DNA from: Octopus bimaculoides
Lineage: Eukaryota
Assembly (NCBI RefSeq): GCF_001194135.2
Contig: NC_068989.1
Span: 60,733,878 to 60,797,877, forward strand
DNA: 64,000 bases
Reading direction: 5' to 3'
In this document: in pieces, positions 54,610 through 64,000 of the stretch
Layout of the letters: each line of letters starts with the position of its first letter
Position numbering within the stretch: position 1 is the stretch's first letter
The notes under the pieces: model-generated
Databases searched by the model: none
The model's input: the letters and a program-made list of their open reading frames with translations, nothing else
Told to the model about the DNA's origin: nothing
Translations under genes and position numbers: made by a program

Positions 54610-54681
54610 GGCCGGATAACTGAAGAGATGTTGGCTTGGGTTCCCACCCCGGCATCCGAAACTCGGAGTTTTATCATGGCC
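54610..54681 (+). ncRNA. Near-intact minimal type I hammerhead ribozyme motif
   Basis: Helix I GATAA (54615-19)/TTATC (54671-75), extended by GGCC/GGCC; core CTGAAGA (54620-26); helix II GATGTTGG (54627-34)/CCGGCATC (54649-56); GAAA (54658-61); quasi-palindromic helix III ACTCGGAGT; predicted GUU cleavage after 54670. One extra C at 54657. Confidence 0.78.
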
Positions 54682-55275
54682 ACCGAATAAGTGTCACATA
54701 TTTTTACAGATNNNNNNNNNNNNNNNNNNNNNNNNNNNNNNNNNNNNNNNNNNNNNNNNNNNNNNNNNNNNNNNNNNNNNNNNNNNNNNNNNNNNNNNNN
54801 NNNNNNNNNNNNNNNNNNNNNNNNNNNNNNNNNNNNNNNNNNNNNNNNNNNNNNNNNNNNNNNNNNNNNNNNNNNNNNNNNNNNNNNNNNNNNNNNNNNN
54901 NNNNNNNNNNNNNNNNNNNNNNNNNNNNNNNNNNNNNNNNNNNNNNNNNNNNNNNNNNNNNNNNNNNNNNNNNNNNNNNNNNNNNNNNNNNNNNNNNNNN
55001 NNNNNNNNNNNNNNNNNNNNNNNNNNNNNNNNNNNNNNNNNNNNNNNNNNNNNNNNNNNNNNNNNNNNNNNNNNNNNNNNNNNNNNNNNNNNNNNNNNNN
55101 NNNNNNNNNNNNNNNNNNNNNNNNNNNNNNNNNNNNNNNNNNNNNNNNNNNNNNNNNNNNNNNNNNNNNNNNNNNNNNNNNNNNNNNNNTATGTCTGTAT
55201 GTCTGTATGTATGTATGTCATTATTCGGTTTATTTCAAGATTTCTTGCCAGGGTACTGGGAAGCGTTCAATGCTA

Positions 55276-55445
55276 GTGTGTGCAGTGTTGTGCGATGTGG
55301 TGTGGTGGTGTAGAGCGGTGATGTGTGGCGTGTTGTGTGTTGTGTTGTGGTGTGATCGTGTGGTGTGATTTGGTGTGGTGTCGTGGTGCAGGGTGGTAGT
55401 GTATGGTGCGGTGTGGCATGATGTGTTGTGGTGATGTTGGGTTAT
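55276..55445. repeat. Degenerate 5-bp-period (GTGTG/GTGGT) simple repeat
   Basis: Direct reading next to an N gap. Confidence 0.8.
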
Positions 55446-57095
55446 GATATATGGTATACATACATATTTGCATACATAATATATATGTATATTTGCGAGT
55501 ACACCAAATATACTAAATTTTATAGACTACAATTTAGTATGCGTTTAGTTTCATTCAAATATGTTAATACATTATCTAGAGAGACAAACAATATCGTAAC
55601 ATAATGTCCAAGTTCTAATTATTTCATTTCATATTCCGTTAAATATTTTGATGAATGTGTTATAGAATTTCAAGTCTAAAGAAAGCCGATTCGTTAATGA
55701 ATATTAGTGCATTAGGTCGATGCCAAAATGGGAAATCTTCACCAGAAACTACTTAATCTTGTAATACAGCAGAGATGGAAAAATTACAAGACATGAAGAC
55801 ATCCGAGACAGCTTCATTGCTGGATATTTAGTAGTCTGAAAGCAGATATCATACCAACATTATGGAAGGATTACAAAGAATCGTTATCTTAGACAAAATA
55901 TGCACTGACGACTCGTTTGTACCATGAGGGAGTCGTCACTAGAGCGAAATGCCGCAGCGTGTCGGCGAACAAGCAAACTACATCGAGTATGTGCGGTCGA
56001 CAACGTTTACAACACAAAAGCTGTTTTTAATTCGTAATTAAATATATATATATTAAAATTAATCAAAGCACATACTAAGTATGTCTACCTACTTGAAATA
56101 ACAGTCAAAACTCTTATTAAATCGCCAAAATACACCGAAATATAATTACAGAAATCAAACGAAGGCAAATCAGATTAAGAGAATCTACTAACATACATTT
56201 AAGTATTTGGACTCACGTGGACCAGTTTCTGCACTGGCAAAAATTAGCCTTAGCTTCTTCAGCACGCGTTACCATGATATAGACTCCCAACCCAGCGTTT
56301 TGAAGTCCGTGCTGCAACTGATACTTTTTGCGTCGAAATCATGGCAGCCACCGGTGTGAAAATAATCTCGATACAAATATCAAACAATTTACGAGAAATA
56401 TAATTCACGAAAAATTAATTTGCAAAAATTTTCAAAATTAATTCACAAAAATTATATTGGATAATAACAGTATAATGATACCTTTGCAAATTGATTTTTC
56501 GTGAATTATTTTNNNNNNNNNNNNNNNNNNNNNNNNNNNNNNNNNNNNNNNNNNNNNNNNNNNNNNNNNNNNNNNNNNNNNNNNNNNNNNNNNNNNNNNN
56601 NNNNNNNNNNNNNNNNNNNNNNNNNNNNNNNNNNNNNNNNNNNNNNNNNNNNNNNNNNNNNNNNNNNNNNNNNNNNNNNNNNNNNNNNNCTATCTGTCTG
56701 TACGTCTCTAACAATCTTGCTGCCCAAAGCAGGGAATTATCTTCTCCAAACTTTGTATACATGTCGAACTAATATCCAGTTCAATTATAGTGTAATTGTA
56801 TTGCAATAAAAATCGATAATTGACCGACCACGGTGGGTATGGCTATTATATGATGAAATGAGAGAGGTGCAAAAGTGTTAGGTTCACAGAAATGTGGCAT
56901 AATTTGGCTGATATGAGGGAAGGGGTGGAGACAAGAGATAAACACATAGGGAATGTAAGCGACAGGCAGAGAGAACGACAGACAGGGACACTTCCATATA
57001 TATAAAAGAGTTTGTGTTTGTGCGTGTGTGTGTGTTTGTGTGTGTGCGTGTGTGTGTTTGCGTGCGTGCGTGCGTATTTTCCATATGCATTCGAA

Positions 57096-58310
57096 AACTG
57101 AGTCGCCGATTTTGACATATGAGGTATCAACAGATCCAGTAATATTACGACTATCAAATAAACTTTATTTTCGTTTACGTTTTTGATTTACAAACATTTT
57201 ACATAACAATATTCTCTATAAGTCAACTATCGTAAACATTTTATACCACGACGAAGACAACGTCACACTTTCTATACGAGTGTGTCCCTTAAAAGACATG
57301 CATTTCTCTATGTTATGATGAAATACAATCACTGGCGGTCTCTCTCACATGTACACTCACACATACATACAAAAAGATGTATACGTATGGATTTATATAT
57401 GAAAGATGTGTGTGTGTGTGTGTGAAATAGAGAGAGACCGAGTGAGTGCCACTCACACATACATGACGACACACACCTTCACCCACTCACTCTCATTCTC
57501 TCTCGCTCACGCACACAGACACCCACACAGACGCACATACATACGTCCATTTCATATACACATAGCTACATCTTTCACTTTCTCCACTCTTGCACTTTTT
57601 CACTTTCTGCTCTCACTTCAAAGCAAATGTTGCGGTTTCACTTTCTCTTCTCTTTCAATTGCTGCTCTCTTCAAAGAATAAAGAAATAAAAATAAATTAC
57701 GGAATTTAACCAATATGTTCGACAACTGAGTTGCCGATTTTGATGTATGGGGTATCAAAAGATTCAGTAACCTTTCGGCTAACAAATAAACTTTAAATTC
57801 ATTTAGATAGTTGCATTTGTAAAATATAAGATTAAAATCTTTCTATAATTCAACAATCTTAAACGGCCTTTTATACCATCACAACGATGACGACTTCACA
57901 TTTTTTGTATGAGTGACTACCTTAAAAGACATTGATTTCTCTTTATGTTATGAGGAAATACAGTCACTCACTTCTCTCTCGCATACATACGCACACATAC
58001 ATGCAAAAAGGATGTATGCATATGTATTTATGTACGTGTATATGAAAGATGTGTCTGTGTGTGAGAGAGAGAGAGAGTGCCACTTACAGATACCTGCCAA
58101 AACTTCATACCTGACAACACACACCTTCTCTCTCTCTCTCTCTCTCACACACGCATTCACAAACACGTCCATTTCATATACACGTACATACATCTTTCAC
58201 TTTCTCCTCTCTTTGACTTTTGCTCTCACTTCAAAGCAAATGTTGCCTTTTTACTTTCTCCTCTCTTTCAATTTCTGCTCTCTTCAAAACATAAAAAAAT
58301 AAAAATTGTT
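57096..58310. repeat. Two-copy tandem duplication, period about 628 bp
   Basis: AACTGAGT(C/T)GCCGATTTTGA starts at 57096 and 57724; collinear blocks CCTTAAAAGACAT, ATATGAAAGATGTGT, ACGTCCATTTCATATACAC, GCTCTCACTTCAAAGCAAATGTTGC and GCTCTCTTCAAA. Confidence 0.88.
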
Positions 58311-58447
58311 TACCGAAATTATCGAACGATCATATGATCCCGTATTATCGACCATATGGTCGACTTGATAAATTTCCTGCTTCAAGCGAAAGAATGCCAT
58401 AAAACAATATCTTTTAGTACAGACACACGCACACACACACAAACACA

Positions 58448-58495
<48 letters not shown>

Positions 58496-59667
58496 TACAC
58501 ACACACACACACTCTCTCTCTATCTCTCACTCTCTCTCTAGCTACAACTTCTATATAAATTATGTTATTTCTTGCTATGTGCATGCGCAAAATTACAGCT
58601 AAATTCCAATTGAAATCACATTTTTCCATTCTGCAATTCATGTTTGTTACGTGTGTATTGAAAAACGTAATGATCGATATATATTTAAAAGGAAGTTCTC
58701 CCAGAAATCCTGTCATTTACCTGTTATTTCTAGCATGATCGAGACATTCGCGTTCCACCCCTGATTTTTTTCCTAAATTTCTTCCGATTCCGATATTTTC
58801 AATACAGGAGATTAGGATTTCGCCCAAAAAGCACGTTCTCAATAATTTAATTTTCTTCCTCCTCATCCCTATCGGAATTTCTTAATTTCTTTACTTTTTT
58901 CGAACGTTTCTCTTGGGAATCCAAGGAGAAAAGTAAAAATAATACAGTATGAAGCTTTAAGAATATTCTTCTGTCTTTTTTTCTTAAAAAAACACTAAAA
59001 TCCCATTCCCAAACATCCACCCATCACCTCACCTTTTTCAAAAAGCTACAAACTCACAATGTTTTACTTTTAGCTTTCTGGAACGTGAGGAAGTTTCTTC
59101 AGAAGTAACGTCGTTTACCTGTTGTTTCTAGCATGTCGGTTTTTTCTGGTGGTGGTCTAATATTTTTTACATCTGCTATTTCAGTAGAATTCTGCGCATG
59201 CATGAACCATCTGACGAAAGTGATACATAGGGTGTTCTTCTTAGCTTTTTGAAAGCTGGTAGGTGACTTGGAAGGGGCATGGAGTGTTTCTTGAAGCAAA
59301 CATTAACTTTAAAAAGTGATATGTTTCCCAGATTCGCAATCTCTTTTCTTTTCCAACCTGGTGGAAACAAAAAAAATTCGTAAAAAAGTTACAAATTAAG
59401 AAATTGCGGTGGGGACAGGGGGAAACTAAAATTTTGTAAACGTGATTTCTGGGCAAATTAGTATTGGGTCCTTTTATACGATGAAACAATACATAGTTTG
59501 TAATCCTTCTTAAGGACAGAAAGCACTTTCATGCAAAGTGTACCCTCCGCCTTCACTTTTAAACAAGCAATAACTTCCATTACGCCAGTAATCTGGTTCA
59601 CTACTTATCAGCTGTGCTGATTCTGCTCATAATGAAGGAACAAATCATAAAATATCGCTGTATAACA

Positions 59668-59696
59668 CCCGGGCAACGCCGGGATGCTCTGCTAGT
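59668..59696 (+). mobile_element. Helitron 3' terminus
   Basis: Hairpin CCCGG-GCAACG-CCGGG (59668-83), then CTAG (59692-95) eight nucleotides later, then T; the canonical Helitron 3' signature. Confidence 0.75.
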
Positions 59697-59851
59697 ATGT
59701 GTGTTTGTGTGTGTGTGTGTGTGTGTATACATACATACATATATATANNNNNNNNNNNNNNNNNNNNNNNNNNNNNNNNNNNNNNNNNNNNNNNNNNNNN
59801 NNNNNNNNNNNNNNNNNNNNNNNNNNNNNNNNNNNNNNNNNNNNNNNNNNN

Positions 59852-59890
<39 letters not shown>

Positions 59891-62020
59891 GCATATGTAT
59901 GCATGTATGTATAAAAGAAAGAGTTTAGTACTTCTTTAATGGGCTGGTGCGATGTTCCCTCATTGTTGAATACTTCTTTGGACTAAACATACGCATTTCT
60001 AAAGATTTCTTGCCATTTCGTAAAGAGATACCAGATAATTCGCATGTAACCGAATACATCGCAGTCAACAAATGCCTTCTTGACTAGGCTACGATACTAC
60101 GAAGCTTGATTTAAAAGTGCCTTAACAGTTCCTATACGGTGGTGCTTAATGTATGTATCATACATTTTAATACAGGACATCTTTGACAAACAGGCAGATA
60201 TATCTAAATACTTCCCAAGAAAAAAAAAATGTTAACACAGTGTTTATGAATAATAAAAAAAACTTCAGTCATTTGAAACATATATAATTTATAAGTGAAT
60301 GCTCGAACATATTTACTTGTCATCTCTATCATATTAATACCACCACGAAAAACTTATTTTTGTTATGCGATCATCAATGTTATATATGCATTTTTATTGG
60401 ATTTAAACCACAATAAATATTCTAGCTTCACACTAAATATTATATATGACATCAAGTAAGGATATTTATAGTTTTACATTAGTTTAGTATTAAACTCTTA
60501 CAATTGAGTAAATTCGATTTGATGTATTTAATATTAAAGTAATGTGTGGAAAAATGTAAGTAGATAGAGACAAAGAGGAAAATGAATGAATGAGCGGATA
60601 TTAGGAATCATATTGTCAGCCCATTTACTAATTATTTATATACATTTAGATATAGCATTAAATAAATGAAAGCAACAGTTTCCCATTTCAAGGACAGTGC
60701 GACTCAATATATTCAAGCTGGAGACAAGATTGTGTATTTTGCTACTTATATTTTACATCGGCCAGTACTTTATAATTCATAGTAAGCTCTCAATAATTTT
60801 CTTAGTTATATCACTTCTCTTTCCCTTACCACTTTTAGATATATCACCTCTGTTACATCACCGCGGTAATATATAAAACTAGCAGCTCCTTAAAATTATA
60901 ATATTGAAGATTGCTTTTCGCACGCAACGATAAATCATTCTTGCTTGGAACATATAAAATTAGACATCTAGGAAAGATATTCTAGATTCAAAGACATCCA
61001 TGCAAACCTCAATATATGTTTTTAGTGAAATGTACTAATCATATACTTCACTATCCCAAACATATATTTCAGTACTATTTATCATAAAGACTTGGTGCAT
61101 ATATTGAAATTAAACGTGTTAATGCTCTACGTGAAGTGCATGAGGAAGTTGGCCAGTCCATACCCAATCTAGAAACAACTTCTCATACTAGATAAACGAA
61201 ATATCAAAGACTTTATTATTTCCTATTTTTTAAATTCAATGAAATTTGAAATACATTCAAAATGTCAGCAAATTAGGCCATAAGATATAACTTATTTATG
61301 TTGAGAAGAATGTGCAAACGCTTGGAATTACCCTAGTTTAAGCATCTGACATGTATTCCTATCGGCATAAAAAACCGGCAAAACTACACAATAGAATATT
61401 TTGTTATCAAATAGCAGAATTATTTTGGATATTATACAAAACAACTCAAACGTGAACAGTTAAAATGTAGACTATGAAAAATAATTATCTCTCGAATTCA
61501 AGAGAAAATATATTCGGAGGATGTGAAATTGCGTTGAACAAGCCAGGCCACTCATTTATTAACTATAATTAACGGTGTTGAATTGGATAAAATAGAGAAC
61601 TAAAGTGCATATTCATTTACATATCCCCTTTATATATACTGAAATTTGTGTGAACTTTGTTAGGGAATAGTAGTAACGCTGAGCTTTTATGTATTCGTTT
61701 TCTTGCAGCTTATTCTAAAATCGATAGGGTAACTTTCTTTGTTAGGATGCTGAATGAAATTCAGTGATCGATAAATCCCTCCAATATTGATTTTCAGTGT
61801 ACGAATGAAATGATCTGGCGATTGATTACCATACCGTGGTTTACATATATCGTGTATTATTCTTTATGTATTCAAACACAATTTCAAGGGTATTGTTCAT
61901 TATTCCGAAACAATAGTCAAGGCCCACTCTCTCTCTCCCTCTCTCTCTTTGCCTGTCTGTAAGTACGTGCGCGTGTATGTATATACACATACATACACAC
62001 ACGATACAGACTCACCTACT

Positions 62021-62070
<50 letters not shown>

Positions 62071-62105
62071 CATACATACATACATACATACATATNNNNN
62101 NNNNN

Positions 62106-62140
<35 letters not shown>

Positions 62141-63149
62141 CATACATACAATCACTTTAACTGAAATGGACTCTGAATCGTCGTTTGATTTATCATCTTT
62201 ACTTAGAAGCCAATAAGTTAAGTTGACCATATAACGTTAGTCGTATTTATCCAATTATTCTAATAAGGGATTTATTATATTGCTAATAAGCGTAGGCGCT
62301 ATGGCAACTCTTAATGTGTTAAGTGAAGTGATGTTCATCAGGCACAAATAAATTCATGCTGGAGTGCGAATGCGTTCGTAGTCAAATAGATTATGCATGC
62401 TTGAGTCATTTTAATTTCTATAAAAGGTGCAGATGCTAGTGATAAATTTTAAACAAATATGACGTTCTTTGGATGTAGAATGGCAAAGTAAATCTTTTGA
62501 AATGTGTGTTAACTGATAAAATCATTTCGGAAATATACTCTACATAGGCAAAATCGATCCCACTAGCTCATCGCATTGATTTCCTTTCACCTGGCACCAG
62601 CAAAATATTTATAGCAAAGAAATAAGTAAATCGATCCAATTTATTCCCGCTATTTATTTCATCGACCAGGAAGTATTAAAGAAAGAGTCGATTCTAGAGA
62701 GATTTGTACTTAGAATATTGCTGTAATGGATTAAATCAAATATTCTGGAGACTCCAATATCTTCTATATCTAAAATCATCATTTACTTTAAATAGACACT
62801 AGGAAAATATTGGACTGTAAATATGTGCTAGAGTGGGTTTTTACTGCATTGTATTTACATATTTATTCGAGAACAGAAACTACGTTTCATTATGGATGGC
62901 CGCTTCACACATGTTCTATAGCATATGTATTAAAAACGATGGTTTGTTTAGCTATACTGCTTATTTTTAGTATTAAGAGAACACGGAGAGTATGTTTGTG
63001 TCGTTGTTCTAAGAAAAAATCACTAGCATTACACATGAATCGGGCATATTTTCTCCAAACACCTATGCCATATCTCGGTGGCAACCGACAAGAGGCTTCT
63101 TTAAACCTTTATAGTGCTTACAGTTCTATATTTAAGAGATGCGGAATTA

Positions 63150-63301
63150 TGAACATTATTTACATAATTTACACTGGACGGATATTTATCCTCATCCTGT
63201 TTTTTGTTAACTCAACGTTTCAGATGATATACCCTTCAGCCTTCATCATATGTCTCGGGGAAATTTCGAACCTCGGTTCTCATTCCTAAGGTATTTTTCG
63301 A

Positions 63302-63349
<48 letters not shown>

Positions 63350-63393
63350 CATTATTATTATTATTATTATTGTTACTACTACTACATATGCCC
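63150..63393 (-). mobile_element. Hammerhead-tailed short element, inverted copy with most of the tRNA-like head missing
   Basis: Reverse complement reads GGGCATAT, then (TAG)n(AAT)n, then AACATCGAAAAATACCTTAGGAATGAGAACC...GAAACGTT...GATGAGGATAAATATCCG; about 85% identical by eye to 63546-63691. Confidence 0.88.
63209..63254 (-). ncRNA. Degenerate minimal hammerhead motif (minus copy)
   Basis: GACAT-ATGATGA-A-GGCTG-AAGGGTATAT-CATCT-GAAA-CG-TT-GAGTT; lesions at C3 and in helices I and II. Confidence 0.6.
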
Positions 63394-63395
63394 GT

Positions 63396-63497
63396 GGGCA
63401 TATAGCGTAGTGCTTTAGAGCTCGGTCTACAAACCTCAAGATACCGAGTTCGATTCCAGGGAGTGACCTGAATTATAATAACAATAATAATAATATT

Positions 63498-63548
<51 letters not shown>

Positions 63549-63691
63549 GTCGAAAAATACCTTAGGAATGAAAACCTAGGTTCGAAATTTCCCCCAAGAC
63601 ATCTAATAAAGGCTGGACGGTATATCAGGCGAAACGTTGTGTTAATAACAAACAAGATGAGGACAAATATCCGTCAAATGTAAATAATGTA
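63396..63691 (+). mobile_element. SINE-like element: tRNA-like Pol III head, (AAT)n, Penelope-type hammerhead tail
   Basis: A-box-like TAGCGTAGTGC (63403-13), B-box GAGTTCGATTCC (63446-57), (AAT)n at 63475-63546, then the tail carrying the hammerhead motif. Confidence 0.85.
63598..63643 (+). ncRNA. Degenerate minimal hammerhead motif (plus copy)
   Basis: GACAT-CTAATAA-A-GGCTG-GACGGTATAT-CAGGC-GAAA-CG-TT-GTGTT. With the minus copy it gives the consensus GACAT CTGATGA A GGCTG..CAGCC GAAA CG TT GTGTT. Confidence 0.6.
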
Positions 63692-64000
63692 CTTTATAGT
63701 GTGTGTCTCTCAAATCTAGGATTAGAATTACATAAATCTGAATAAGAACTGATAATAACTCTATAGGTTAACATACAGAGTCGTTAAACTTTGTCGCATT
63801 GATACTTTATTTCCTACCACTTAGGTATTTAATATTTTGGAGTCCTTCAATGTTTCTGTTACCTTTAAGTTAAATATAAAATAGATCCAATAGCAATTAG
63901 CCGAAGTGTTTATTTCAATATCATAAGAAATGTGATTAAGGGTTTAACGAAACAATACACCAATGAAATCCATACTGTTGTAGTAGAATTTAGTAGATTG

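Noticed and set aside
56215-56510. GTGAGT donor on the minus strand after MVTRAEEAKANFCQCRNWS, plus a 25-bp inverted repeat at 56403-56507
   Set aside because: It lies in what looks like a dispersed DNA-transposon-type repeat interrupted by an N gap; the ends cannot be defined and there is no evidence for a host exon.
59950-60250. Possible Penelope RT C-terminal relic (HHRIGTVKALLNQAS) on the minus strand
   Set aside because: A single degenerate motif; too little to report as a feature.
62810-63289. 159-aa ORF
   Set aside because: Non-ATG start, no recognisable domain, and its 3' third is the antisense of the hammerhead element tail.
1-64000. Most ORFs in the supplied track ([20 protein letters not shown], poly-X)
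   Set aside because: They are translations of microsatellites or run through N gaps; no domain content.
1-64000. CRISPR arrays, operons, rRNA or true tRNA genes
   Set aside because: No repeat-spacer array or prokaryotic gene organisation; tRNA-like motifs occur only as SINE heads without a full cloverleaf.

Overview
This is an AT-rich, repeat-dense eukaryotic window with long microsatellites and many N gaps, mostly next to (TA)n or (CA)n runs. The SINE, MITE and Penelope repeats match what I recall of coleoid cephalopod (Octopus-type) genomes; that taxon call is an inference and was not database-checked. No host protein-coding gene can be supported, and nearly all ORFs in the track are microsatellite or N-gap artefacts. 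The interpretable content is decayed mobile DNA: two tRNA-derived SINE families, two mariner (DD34D) elements (one with perfect 27-bp TIRs and a nested 174-bp TG...CA solo-LTR-like insert), a 5'-truncated L1/Tx1-clade LINE flanked on both sides by (TCTG)n, RTE-like RT relics, several palindromic MITEs, a Helitron 3' end, and three Penelope-like GIY-YIG endonuclease relics. The most interesting signal is RNA-level. There are at least four minimal type I hammerhead ribozyme motifs from three unrelated sequence families (about 10.57, 54.61, 63.21 and 63.60 kb). Two of them lie in a head-to-head pair of a short element built as a tRNA-like Pol III head, then (AAT)n, then a hammerhead tail. Hammerheads in Penelope-like elements are known; whether these particular families are described needs a Dfam/Repbase/Rfam check.
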